Part shown: one piece after another, positions 15,874 to 25,545 of the stretch
Layout of the letters: every line of letters begins with the position of its first letter
Position numbering within the stretch: the stretch's first letter is position 1
Source of the DNA: Candidatus Saccharimonadota bacterium
GTDB taxonomy: Bacteria; Bacteroidota; Bacteroidia; Flavobacteriales; Blattabacteriaceae
Reading direction: 5' to 3'
Assembly (NCBI RefSeq): GCF_014251775.1
Contig: NZ_CP059199.1
Location: forward strand, 480,001-512,000
Length of the DNA stretch: 32,000 bases
The notes under the pieces: model-generated
The model's input: the letters and a program-made list of their open reading frames with translations, nothing else
Databases searched by the model: none
Told to the model about the DNA's origin: nothing
Position numbers and translations under genes: made by a program

Positions 15874-17970
15874 CTATTTTCTAAAATCTTTTATTTCAGC
15901 GTTTTCTAATAAATCATATCCTAATTTTCCTAATAATTTTTTTCTTAAATTATTATCTAAATAATTAATTTCTTCAGAAAGATTATTTTTATTTATTTTT
16001 TTGAAAAAACGTTTATTTATTTTTACAAAAAAAATACCATTGATTCCTGATATAGGATATATTCTTCCATTATTTAATTTTGATGAAAAAATTTCTCCTA
16101 TTACCTTAGGTTCTTTGTAAATATCTATGGTTGAATTGTCTAGACATATTTTGTATGATTTATTTATTTTCTTATTAAAAAATAATGATAATTCTTCTAA
16201 ATTATTATTTAGAAATTCTTTTTGAATGATATTATTCATTTTTTCTCTTAAAAAAGATGAAATTATTTTATTTTTGTTGTCTATATAAATTCCGTTTTTT
16301 TGACATAAATAAACTATAATATAATCTTTATTAGAAGTAGTAAAAATATTTATATCTCTTTTTTTTCTTTTCTCTTCAAAAGACCATTCAATAATATTTT
16401 TATCTAATTCAGTATCTATTCCTTCAATATTCCATTGATTTCTTTTTATATCTTCTATTAAAAAAGATTCTCCATTATATTTTTTAGCATTATTAATTAA
16501 TTCATTTAATTCTAATTTTTTATTTTTCAATAAAAAATTTTTTATTTTGTTAGAAAATTCATTTTCAGTTTTTTTTGATGGATAAATAGTCTTTATTATT
16601 ATTCCTAATTGATAGGCATCCTTTATATTTTTTTGTTTGTCTATTCGAATAATATGATATCCAAAATCAGATTCTATAATACTTAATGATCCAATATGTT
16701 TTTTGATCGAAAAAATATCACTACCGATTATAGGATCTATTTCTTCATATTTCAACCAACCTAATTTTCCATTATTTATTTTAGAATTAAAAATATCATC
16801 TGATTTATTTAACGATATTTCAAACATTTTTGGATTTTTTAAAATATCACTATAAATATTTTTAATTATTCTATGAGCAGATTTTTTAGTTCTTTTATTA
16901 AAAGATTGTTTTGCATCTTTATGAGAAATTAATATATGACTAATTGAAACAAAATCAAAAATTTTTTTTATTCCAATTATTTTACCTAAAAAATAAACTT
17001 TTCCTTCTTTAAAAGGTCCAAACATACTACCTACTTTATTATTTTTTTCTACAAATTTTCTTAAAATAGGAGGAAAATATTTTTTAGTATAAAAATTAGA
17101 ATCAAATGGTCTTTCAGATTGAGAAGAAATAATATTATTAGGATTATCAGTATATTTTAAATGATTAAATAACTTTTTCATATTATGATTAATATTATTA
17201 TTATCATCTGAAGATGGATTAAATGGAAAAAAAATAAAAATAAAACTTCTTAAGTTATGTTGATTTTTATCTTTATTAATATATTTATCAATATTATTAC
17301 TATATATATTAATAATGTATTTTTTTTCTAGATCTGAATAAGGAACAAATACATAATCAATAATAGAAAAAAGATTTTTATGTTTTAAAAACAATCTTGC
17401 TTCTATTTCTGATGTATTTAATCCATACATTATCATCTCTAAATATTTTTTAGTATATATCTTATTTTTTATACTATTTTTTTCATGATTCCAAATATTT
17501 TTTTCAATTTGAATATAATCGTTATTAGAATCATTATTAATTTTTTCTAAAAAATTTAAATAAGATTTAAATTTTTTTAAATCCATCTCTCCATTAAAAT
17601 CATCAAAATCACTTATTTTACTATATATAGATTGTTTTTTTACAATATTCCAAAAAATCTTATCAGAAATTTTTATTCCAATTTTCTTTGCTGGTTGACT
17701 CAACAATTTTTCATTAATTAATAATTTCCAAGCGTTATTTTCTAATTCATCATTTGATATAAATCCCCCAAATTTTTTTAAAAATTGTAAACAATTAATA
17801 TATTCTTCATCATAAATGTTTTCTCCGTTTACTTTACCTATAACTTTTTTAGAATTATGTAGAAATAAATTAAGAATTAAATTAGGATCTAATACAATAA
17901 AAAAAAATGAAATAATTATAGTTAACAAAATTAACCATGTATTTCTTCTTATTTTTTCTAAAATAATCAT
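15874..17970 (-). CDS. PpiD/SurA-like periplasmic peptidyl-prolyl isomerase (parvulin domain) with N-terminal membrane anchor
   Basis: 698-aa ORF. N-terminal TM helix (TWLILLTIIISFFFIV), parvulin-type segment SISHILISHKDA...GKLGW...FGYHIIRI. The size is typical of Flavobacteriales SurA-N-domain PPIases. Confidence 0.75.
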   Translation of the reverse strand: MIILEKIRRNTWLILLTIIISFFFIVLDPNLILNLFLHNSKKVIGKVNGENIYDEEYINCLQFLKKFGGFISNDELENNAWKLLINEKLLSQPAKKIGIKISDKIFWNIVKKQSIYSKISDFDDFNGEMDLKKFKSYLNFLEKINNDSNNDYIQIEKNIWNHEKNSIKNKIYTKKYLEMIMYGLNTSEIEARLFLKHKNLFSIIDYVFVPYSDLEKKYIINIYSNNIDKYINKDKNQHNLRSFIFIFFPFNPSSDDNNNINHNMKKLFNHLKYTDNPNNIISSQSERPFDSNFYTKKYFPPILRKFVEKNNKVGSMFGPFKEGKVYFLGKIIGIKKIFDFVSISHILISHKDAKQSFNKRTKKSAHRIIKNIYSDILKNPKMFEISLNKSDDIFNSKINNGKLGWLKYEEIDPIIGSDIFSIKKHIGSLSIIESDFGYHIIRIDKQKNIKDAYQLGIIIKTIYPSKKTENEFSNKIKNFLLKNKKLELNELINNAKKYNGESFLIEDIKRNQWNIEGIDTELDKNIIEWSFEEKRKKRDINIFTTSNKDYIIVYLCQKNGIYIDNKNKIISSFLREKMNNIIQKEFLNNNLEELSLFFNKKINKSYKICLDNSTIDIYKEPKVIGEIFSSKLNNGRIYPISGINGIFFVKINKRFFKKINKNNLSEEINYLDNNLRKKLLGKLGYDLLENAEIKDFRK

Positions 17971-17973
17971 TAT

Positions 17974-19236
17974 TTAACTTTTTTTTAGAAAAAAAACTTC
18001 TTCTATTTTATTTTTAGATACTTTTTTGATTTCGATATAAAAATTTTCATTAATTATTATTTTTTCTCCATTATTAGGAATATTTTCAGTATAAGCAACA
18101 ATAAAACCACCTAAAGTTTCATATTTTTCAGAAGTTGGAATTTCCAAATTATATTTAGAGTTAATAAAATCTATTTCTAAACGTGCAGAAAATAAAAATT
18201 CATTGTCTCTTATTTTTTTATCTAAAAAGAATGTTTCATCATGCTCATCTTTGATATCTCCTAGAAATTCTTCTAAAATATCTTCTATAGTAATTAATCC
18301 TGCAGTACCCCCATATTCATCTAATATTATGGCGATACTTCTTTTTTTTCTAATCAATAGATCCATTATTTCTTTTACAGGAGTATTAATATAAGTACAT
18401 TCTACAGACCTAATAATAGATTTATTTATATATTTAGGTTTTTTTAAAAATTCTAAATAATGAATATATCCAATAACATTATCTATATTATTATTATAAA
18501 TAATAATTTTAGAAAATCCACTTTTTGAAAACATCTTTATAAGATTTTCTATAGATAAATCGATTATATTACAAGAAATTATTTCTTTTCTAGGAATCAT
18601 ACATTCTATTGCCTTTTTATCAGAGAAATTCAAAGCTTTATGAAAAATATCTATTTTAGATTCTACAAATCCTTTTTGTTGATATTTATATTTTACATTT
18701 TTTGATAAAAAATGAATTAAATCATATTTATCAAAAATTTTCTTTTGAAAATTTTTTTCTTCTCCAAGAATTCTTAAAAAAAGATTAGAAATACATATTA
18801 CAAAATTAGTAATAGGAGATAAAATTATATTTATAATATATATGGGAATAATAAAAAATCTTAATAATTCATTTGAATATATACTAAATACAATTTTTGG
18901 AATAAATTCACCAATCATTAAAATAATTATAGTTGAAAATATTGTTTCTAATAGAAAAATCCATATAGAAGAATATACTTTAGAAAAAAAATAAAAAAAT
19001 ATCTTTTCCATATATATACCATATATGACTAACGATATCGTATTTCCAATTAATATTGTAGTTATCAATTTATTAGAATTTCTAATACTTTCATACATAA
19101 TTTTATAACGAAAAGAATTTTTTTCTTTTTCTAATTCTATCTGAAATAAACTAGAAGAAACTAAAGCCATTTCCATACCTGAAAAAAAAGCAGAAATAAG
19201 TATAGTAATAAAAACTATACTAGTATAGTAAATCAT
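17974..19236 (-). CDS. CNNM/DUF21 transmembrane domain + CBS pair + CorC/HlyC domain protein (hemolysin-family, GldE-like)
   Basis: 420-aa ORF. Hydrophobic N-terminal half, CBS-pair region (CMIPRKEIISCNI...VIGYIHYLEF...), then DEYGGTAGLITIEDILEEFLGDI.DEHD and a C-terminal CorC_HlyC-like segment. Confidence 0.8.
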   Translation of the reverse strand: MIYYTSIVFITILISAFFSGMEMALVSSSLFQIELEKEKNSFRYKIMYESIRNSNKLITTILIGNTISLVIYGIYMEKIFFYFFSKVYSSIWIFLLETIFSTIIILMIGEFIPKIVFSIYSNELLRFFIIPIYIINIILSPITNFVICISNLFLRILGEEKNFQKKIFDKYDLIHFLSKNVKYKYQQKGFVESKIDIFHKALNFSDKKAIECMIPRKEIISCNIIDLSIENLIKMFSKSGFSKIIIYNNNIDNVIGYIHYLEFLKKPKYINKSIIRSVECTYINTPVKEIMDLLIRKKRSIAIILDEYGGTAGLITIEDILEEFLGDIKDEHDETFFLDKKIRDNEFLFSARLEIDFINSKYNLEIPTSEKYETLGGFIVAYTENIPNNGEKIIINENFYIEIKKVSKNKIEEVFFLKKS

Positions 19237-19399
19237 ATCATTTATATATATCTTAATATTAAATTTATCAATTAATTATTTTTAAATATTTATCAAATAT
19301 ATTATATTAAATCATCAAAAAAAATGTAAAAAATATTTTGTTAAAGTTATTACTAACTATTTTTAGTGTAATTTTATTAAATAAAAATATTTTTTGAAT

Positions 19400-19472
19400 G
19401 GTATCTTAGCTCAGTTGGTAGAGCAAAGGACTGAAAATCCTTGTGTCCCCGGTTCGATTCCGGGAGATACCA
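19400..19472 (+). tRNA. tRNA-Phe (anticodon GAA)
   Basis: Hand-folded cloverleaf: GGTATCT TA GCTC AGTTGGTA GAGC A AAGGA CTGAAAA TCCTT GTGTC CCCGG TTCGATT CCGGG AGATACC A. Confidence 0.95.
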
Positions 19473-20144
19473 TTTACATATATAATTTCTATAAATTTAT
19501 AATTATAGATTATTTCCTATAATAAAATAAATTTTATATTTCTAAAAAATAGACCATCTATAACCCTATATACTTATTAATTTTCAATGAAGTAATCACC
19601 TAATAATATATTCCAATATTTCCACATTATATATATAAATGTATTCAACTTAGTTTTAAAATCATTATGTAAATTATTTTGAATTAAATAACGTATTTCT
19701 AATAATAATTTTTTATAACTAGTTCCTTAATAACTATTAATTGGATTTCCTATATTTTTATTTAAAAATGAATATCCTATTAAAGGAATAAAAAATACTT
19801 GAGTTTTATTTATTGTATTATATTAAAATGGGTAATAAAATCAATTATTTTAGTATAATTTTATTATATAATTAATATAGATTAATGTTACCTATTTTTA
19901 ATTTAAAAAATAAATTCTATGATTTCAAAAATTAAAATTAGATAGGTTATTATAAATTAATAATAAGGATCTATAAAAAATTAGATTTTTATTTAATTCA
20001 AAATAATTATCAATTAAAATAATATAAAAATATTATTATATTCATCTAAATAATTGTTATTATTAAATAATTGTATTAATCTAATAATTAGTTTTATGAT
20101 TATAAAAATTTTTATAAATAAGGAAAAAAATTTAGATTAATGAT

Positions 20145-20882
20145 TTAATGACTATTAATATTTCCAAAACGACGTTTCCTTTTTTGATAATTGATTATAG
20201 CTTCTAAAAAATCCTTTTTTCTAAAATCTGGCCATAAAATATCAGTAAAATATAATTCGGCATAAGCCGATTGCCATAGTAAAAAATTACTAATTCTTTT
20301 TTCACCACCGGTTCTAATAATAAGATCTACATCAGGTAAATCTTTAGTATATAGATGACTTTTGAAAAAATTTTCATTAACATCTTGTAATTGAAATTTA
20401 CCTTTATCTATTTTTTTAGCAATTGCTTTGGTAGCTTGTAATATTTCTTCTCTCGCTCCATAACTTATAGCTAAAATTAAAGTAGCAGATTTATTATTTT
20501 TTGTTTTATTCATGTAAAATATAAGTTCTTCTTGAATAGATTCTAACAATTTACAAATATCTCCTATAACAAAAATTCGGAAATCTTTCTTATGCACTTC
20601 TTTCAAATAATCCTTAAAATAATTATGAAATAAATACATTAAATTATCTACCTCTTTTTTTGGTCTATTCCAATTTTCAGAAGAAAAAACATATAAAGTA
20701 ATATAAGGAATTTTCAATTTTTTACAAGCATTTAAAGAATCTATTATAGAATGTACTGCTTTTTCATGACCAAAAGTTCTTAACTTTCCTCTTTTTTCTG
20801 CCCAACGACCATTTCCATCCATAATAATAGCAACATGATCTGGTATATTATTATAATCTATTTTTTTTAATAAATCTTTCAT
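20145..20882 (-). CDS. uppS: isoprenyl transferase (undecaprenyl-diphosphate synthase)
   Basis: 245-aa ORF. HVAIIMDGNGRWA, F.SENW.RP, RTGGE.R.SNFLLWQ.AY.E.YF. These are classical cis-prenyltransferase motifs. Confidence 0.93.
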   Translation of the reverse strand: MKDLLKKIDYNNIPDHVAIIMDGNGRWAEKRGKLRTFGHEKAVHSIIDSLNACKKLKIPYITLYVFSSENWNRPKKEVDNLMYLFHNYFKDYLKEVHKKDFRIFVIGDICKLLESIQEELIFYMNKTKNNKSATLILAISYGAREEILQATKAIAKKIDKGKFQLQDVNENFFKSHLYTKDLPDVDLIIRTGGEKRISNFLLWQSAYAELYFTDILWPDFRKKDFLEAIINYQKRKRRFGNINSH

Positions 20883-20949
20883 AAAAAAAATAATGATCGT
20901 AAAAAATATCTAGGTTACAAATATAATAATAAAAATTCCATATCATATA

Positions 20950-21831
20950 TTAATTTCTTTGATCAACTCCCCATAATAACTTTTCTCTAAGTGTTTTAAA
21001 ATAAGTATTTTTTCTTTCTTGAAAAAGATATATATAAAAAGGTGCTTTACTGATAAATAATTCATTTTCTTTTTTTAAAGATAATAATCTAGTATCCATA
21101 GATAAAGAATAATATTTAACTCTACTATGAACTTTTAAATGTAATTTTTTACAATCTGATATAATTAATGGTCTTGAAAATAAATTATGTGGAGATATTG
21201 GAGTAAGAACAAAATTTTTATTATCTGGACTGATAATAGGCCCCCCACAACTTAAAGAATAACCTGTTGATCCAGTAGGAGTAGATATTATTAATCCATC
21301 TGACCAATAAGAAGTTAAAAATTCATCATCAATATGAACATCAATATTAATCATCGAAACAGTTTCATTACGAAAAACCACAATTTCATTTAATGCAAAA
21401 TTAAAAAATTTATTCAAATTCTTTATTGATGTCTCTAGATATAATAAACTTCTAGGGATTATATATAATTTTTTTTGAAAAATTTTATCTATTTCTTTTA
21501 AAAAGACATCCTTACTAAAAGTTGCTAAAAAACCTAAATTTCCTGTATTGACTCCAACAATAGGAATTCCAGAATCTCTAATGAGAGGAATAGCAGATAA
21601 AATGGTTCCATCACCACCAAAAGTAAACATCAAATCTACCCCTTTTAATTCCTTATAATTAGAAAATACAGGAATATTAAAATTCCTAAATTCTTTAAAA
21701 GATAATAATATTTTGAAAAAATCTTTTTCAATATAAATTTCTATTGAATTATTGAAAACATATAGTAAAAATTGATTTAAATATGTTATATTATTTTTTT
21801 CTAATTTTTGTCCATATACAGCTATTTTCAT
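20950..21831 (-). CDS. nadK: NAD kinase
   Basis: 293-aa ORF. GGDGT motif (FTFGGDGTILSA), NTGNLGFL, and STPTGSTGYSLS.GGPI. Confidence 0.9.
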   Translation of the reverse strand: MKIAVYGQKLEKNNITYLNQFLLYVFNNSIEIYIEKDFFKILLSFKEFRNFNIPVFSNYKELKGVDLMFTFGGDGTILSAIPLIRDSGIPIVGVNTGNLGFLATFSKDVFLKEIDKIFQKKLYIIPRSLLYLETSIKNLNKFFNFALNEIVVFRNETVSMINIDVHIDDEFLTSYWSDGLIISTPTGSTGYSLSCGGPIISPDNKNFVLTPISPHNLFSRPLIISDCKKLHLKVHSRVKYYSLSMDTRLLSLKKENELFISKAPFYIYLFQERKNTYFKTLREKLLWGVDQRN

Positions 21832-21923
21832 CTATAATATTAGATAAAAAAATGTTTTAATTTTATTAATTTTTTTGTCATTAATTCAAAATTTTTTATT
21901 TTTTTTACTTAAAAATATAAAAA

Positions 21924-22856
21924 ATGAGAAAATACACATTTCCTTCGAAAATATTATTATTTGGAGAATATGGAATTATAGAAAATCATATGGGACTTTT
22001 AATTCCTAATAATTTATATAAAGGTCATTTAAAATTTAATCATAAATATAAATCAATAAATTTTTATAATTATTCTAATAATGAAATAAAAAAATATTTT
22101 AATTTTTTAAAAAAGAAAAAATTAAAATTAAACTTAGTTAAGTTAGAAAAAGATTTAAAAAAAGGAATTTTTTTTAAATCTAATATTCCTCAAGGATATG
22201 GGATTGGTAGTTCTGGTGCTTTAACTGCAGCTATTTATGATAGGTACTCAGAAAATAAATTAGTAATTAATAAAAAAAACTTAATAAGTTTAAAATTCAT
22301 TTTCAGCGAAATGGAATCATTTTTTCATGGAAAAAGTTCTGGAATAGATCCTTTAATTTGTTACTTAAAGAAACCTATAATAATTCGATCTAACAATAAT
22401 ATATCTATTTTAAATAAAAAAAATATTTATTTGAAAAAATTTTTTCAAATAAATGGAACTATTTTTTTGATAGATTCAGGATTTCCTAGTAAAACTATAT
22501 CAGTAAATAATTTTTTTATAGAAAAATTAAAACAAAAAAATTTTAAAAAAATTATGAAAGATGAATTTGCTAAATATAATGAAAAATGTATTAATTTTTT
22601 TCTAAAAAAAAATTTTAATGATTCTAAAATATTATTAGAAAATATTAAAAAAATATCTATTTGGATATTTAATCATTTTCAACCAATGATCCCCAAAAAT
22701 CTTTTAAAGATTTGGATAGAAGGAATAATAAATAATGATTATTATTTAAAATTATGTGGATCTGGAGGTGGTGGTTATGTTTTAGGATTTACTCAAAAAT
22801 ATGAAAATTTTAATAAAAAATTAAAAAAATACGTAAAAAAAATTATTTATGTTTAA
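21924..22856 (+). CDS. GHMP-family kinase, probable mevalonate kinase
   Basis: 310-aa ORF. N-terminal KILLFGEYGII and the GHMP ATP-binding motif PQGYGIGSSGALTAAI. C-terminal CGSGGGGYVLGF. Flavobacteriales use the mevalonate route, and the gene sits near uppS. Confidence 0.7.
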   Translation: MRKYTFPSKILLFGEYGIIENHMGLLIPNNLYKGHLKFNHKYKSINFYNYSNNEIKKYFNFLKKKKLKLNLVKLEKDLKKGIFFKSNIPQGYGIGSSGALTAAIYDRYSENKLVINKKNLISLKFIFSEMESFFHGKSSGIDPLICYLKKPIIIRSNNNISILNKKNIYLKKFFQINGTIFLIDSGFPSKTISVNNFFIEKLKQKNFKKIMKDEFAKYNEKCINFFLKKNFNDSKILLENIKKISIWIFNHFQPMIPKNLLKIWIEGIINNDYYLKLCGSGGGGYVLGFTQKYENFNKKLKKYVKKIIYV

Positions 22857-23610
22857 AAAAAAAATCAGATTAAATAAATATATATCTTATGCTGGTATCT
22901 GCTCTAGAAGAAATTCTGATAAATTGATTCAATCAGGATCTATAGAAGTAAATGGAAAAATTATATCAAAATTAGGAACTATAATTGATTATTATGATGA
23001 AGTAAAATTTAATGGAGAAAAAATTTTTTTACAAGAAAAAATTTATTTGATAATAAACAAACCAAAAGGATTCATCACTACAACAAAAGATCAATTCGGT
23101 AGAAAAACGATAATGGACTTAATCCCATATTATTTTTTTAAACGAAAAATATATCCGATAGGTAGATTAGATTATTCTACTACTGGAGTGCTGCTTCTTA
23201 CTAATGATGGAAATTTTTCAGAATATTTATCTCATCCTAAATATAGAATCCAAAAAATTTATAATGTTACTTTGAATAAAGAAATCAAAATTGAGGATAT
23301 AAGAAAAATTAAAAACGGAGATATATATTTAAAAGAGGGGAAAGTAATAATAAATTTTATAATGAAATTAAAAAAAAATCAAGTTAAAATAGGCATCCAT
23401 ATTGGATGGAATAGAATTATTAAAAGAATTTTTGGAAAATTAAATTATATAGTCATTAAATTAGATAGAATATCTTTTGGAGGAATTACAAAAAAAAATA
23501 TAAAAATAGGAAATTGGAAAATTTTAAAAAAAAATGAAATTGCTAAAATATATGATACAATAAAAAATAATAATATTTATGAAAAAAATAAATATAATAA
23601 ACGGACCTAA
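22849..23610 (+). CDS. RsuA/RluB-family pseudouridine synthase (S4 domain + catalytic domain)
   Basis: 253-aa ORF. S4 RNA-binding N-terminus (LNKYISYAGICSRRNSDKLIQSG.IEVNG) and the catalytic motif GRLDYSTTGVLLLTNDG. Confidence 0.85.
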   Translation: MFKKKIRLNKYISYAGICSRRNSDKLIQSGSIEVNGKIISKLGTIIDYYDEVKFNGEKIFLQEKIYLIINKPKGFITTTKDQFGRKTIMDLIPYYFFKRKIYPIGRLDYSTTGVLLLTNDGNFSEYLSHPKYRIQKIYNVTLNKEIKIEDIRKIKNGDIYLKEGKVIINFIMKLKKNQVKIGIHIGWNRIIKRIFGKLNYIVIKLDRISFGGITKKNIKIGNWKILKKNEIAKIYDTIKNNNIYEKNKYNKRT

Positions 23611-24004
23611 TCTCAATTTATTGGGAATAAGAGAAAAAAACTTATATGGTAATGTTAATTTTATAGATTTTCTTAATGAAATCAAGAAAAAAAAATTTTT
23701 TTCTAAAATAGAAATTGATTATTATCAAAGTAATTATGAAGGAAAAATTATTGATTATTTACATAATATAGGATTTCAATCGGATGGAATTATTTTAAAT
23801 GCAGGGGCATATACGCATACTTCTATAGCTATTGCTGATGCAATAAAATCAATATCATCTCCAGTTATAGAAATACATATTTCTAATGTACATTCTAGAG
23901 AAAATTTTCGAAAAATATCATATATTACTAATGTATGTAAAGGTACTATTTTTGGTTTTGGTCTAAAATCCTATGAATTAGGAATTATGAGCTTTTGTTT
24001 ATAA
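23579..24004 (+). CDS. aroQ: type II 3-dehydroquinate dehydratase
   Basis: 141-aa ORF. INGPNLNLLG.RE...YG, NAGAYTHTSIAI.DA, and E.H.SN..(A/S)RE.FR motifs. The start overlaps the preceding gene by 32 nt. Confidence 0.92.
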   Translation: MKKINIINGPNLNLLGIREKNLYGNVNFIDFLNEIKKKKFFSKIEIDYYQSNYEGKIIDYLHNIGFQSDGIILNAGAYTHTSIAIADAIKSISSPVIEIHISNVHSRENFRKISYITNVCKGTIFGFGLKSYELGIMSFCL

Positions 24005-24015
24005 TCATAAATTTT

Positions 24016-24798
24016 TTATACTAAAAAATTTTTATCTTTAAAATTAAATTTTGACAGCCATTTTTCTAAAATTTCTGTAAATATCTTAGGATGTTCCATC
24101 ATAGGAGCATGCCCACATTTATCTATCCAATAAAGTTGAGAATTAGGTAATAACTTATTAAATAATCGTGCAGTATATGGAGGAGTAATATTATCTTGTT
24201 TTCCCCATATAATACAAATAGGTTGATAAATTTTAGATAAATCTTTTGACATATTATATTTTATTGCGCTTTTAGCAAGATATAATATTTTAATTGCTTT
24301 TTTTTTATCATTAACAGTATTAAAAACTTCATCTATTAATTCTTTCGTAGCAATTTTAGGATTATAAAAAATATCTTGAGATTTTTTCTTAATATATTCG
24401 TAATTTTCTCTTTTTGGGAAATCTCCTCCAAAAGATTTTTCAAATAAACCAGAACTACCGGTTAATACAACAGAATGTACTAAATCAAATCTTTTCTTTG
24501 CTATAATTAAAGCGATATGTCCACCTAAAGAATTTCCTATTAATGTAGCTTTTTTTATTCCAATTTTCATTAAAAAATTAATGATATACTTAGATAATGT
24601 ATATATATTTGTTGAAAATAAAGGAATATTATAAATCGGTAATGTAGGAGCAATTACTTTATAACCTTTTTTTGGAAAAAAATCTAATATTGATTGAAAA
24701 TTACTCAATCCCCCCATTAATCCATGAAGTAAGATTAAAGGATGACCATTACCTCTTATTATATAAGTAATTTTATCAAAAATATTTTTTTTTTTCAT
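24016..24798 (-). CDS. alpha/beta-fold hydrolase, substrate unknown
   Basis: 260-aa ORF. HG..G oxyanion region (LILLHGLMGG), nucleophile elbow GNSLGG, and a C-terminal catalytic His context (DKCGHAPMMEHP). Confidence 0.8.
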   Translation of the reverse strand: MKKKNIFDKITYIIRGNGHPLILLHGLMGGLSNFQSILDFFPKKGYKVIAPTLPIYNIPLFSTNIYTLSKYIINFLMKIGIKKATLIGNSLGGHIALIIAKKRFDLVHSVVLTGSSGLFEKSFGGDFPKRENYEYIKKKSQDIFYNPKIATKELIDEVFNTVNDKKKAIKILYLAKSAIKYNMSKDLSKIYQPICIIWGKQDNITPPYTARLFNKLLPNSQLYWIDKCGHAPMMEHPKIFTEILEKWLSKFNFKDKNFLV

Positions 24799-24822
24799 TT
24801 TTCCAAAAAAATTTTATTAATA

Positions 24823-25545
24823 TTATAATAACTTATTTTTTGTTTTCTTTTTGACAAGAAAATAAGCTTTTTTTGCTGCCATTTCTTCTGATTCTTTTTT
24901 TGAACTACCTATTCCTATAGTATGAATACTACATTTAAATATTACAAATTCAGATAAATAAACAATCTTACTATTATTTTTATCATTTAAATGAGTATTA
25001 AAATTTGTGATAAATTTATTCTTTTGACACCATTCTATAATCCATACTTTATAACTAAAAATTTCTTTTTGTAATTTTTTGAGATTTATGTGTTGATGAA
25101 GTATTTTATAAATAAAATTTTTACATCCTTCACATCCTATTTCTAAATAGGTAAATCCTATTAATGCTTCTAAAGTGTTTCCTAATACATTATTGTTTTC
25201 TATAATATTTCTATCGAAAAAAATCTTTTCTAAAGAAATCTTTTTAGATAACTCATTTAAATTTTTTCTACATACTATTTTAGCTCGTATTTGTGTTAAA
25301 TCACCTTCTTTTTTATCAGGAAATTTTTTATATAAAAAATTTGATATTACAGCACTTAATATTGAGTCACCTAAAAATTCTAATCTTTGAAAATTAAAAG
25401 AATAATTTTTACTTAAATTCCTTTTTTTTGCAGAAAAATGATATATAAATACTTCTTTTAAAAGATTTACATTTTTAGGATCAAATCCTAATATTTTTTT
25501 AATCTTTAAAAAAAGAAAATCATCATTATCATTATTTAATAACAT
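24823..25545 (-). CDS. rnc: ribonuclease III
   Basis: 240-aa ORF. RNase III signature ERLEFLGDSIL, NTLEALIG, and a C-terminal dsRBD ending GIGSSKKESEEMAAKKAY. Conserved acpP-fabF-rnc order. Confidence 0.9.
   Translation of the reverse strand: MLLNNDNDDFLFLKIKKILGFDPKNVNLLKEVFIYHFSAKKRNLSKNYSFNFQRLEFLGDSILSAVISNFLYKKFPDKKEGDLTQIRAKIVCRKNLNELSKKISLEKIFFDRNIIENNNVLGNTLEALIGFTYLEIGCEGCKNFIYKILHQHINLKKLQKEIFSYKVWIIEWCQKNKFITNFNTHLNDKNNSKIVYLSEFVIFKCSIHTIGIGSSKKESEEMAAKKAYFLVKKKTKNKLL

Noticed and set aside
20100-20117. 18-nt all-A/T palindrome TTATAAAAATTTTTATAA about 28 nt downstream of the uppS stop, considered as a terminator.
   Set aside because: It is composed only of A/T runs, and such palindromes are expected frequently at this composition. 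There are no G:C pairs and no distinct U-tract.
19473-20144. Idea that the large gap encodes tmRNA, RNase P RNA, SRP RNA or 6S RNA.
   Set aside because: There is no tRNA-like T-arm (GGTTCGA..CC) or acceptor end, no recognisable conserved helices, and only weak imperfect inverted repeats (for example around 19888-19950). The sequence is too A/T-monotonous for these RNAs as I know them. The gap is kept as an unexplained gap in the findings rather than called as a gene.
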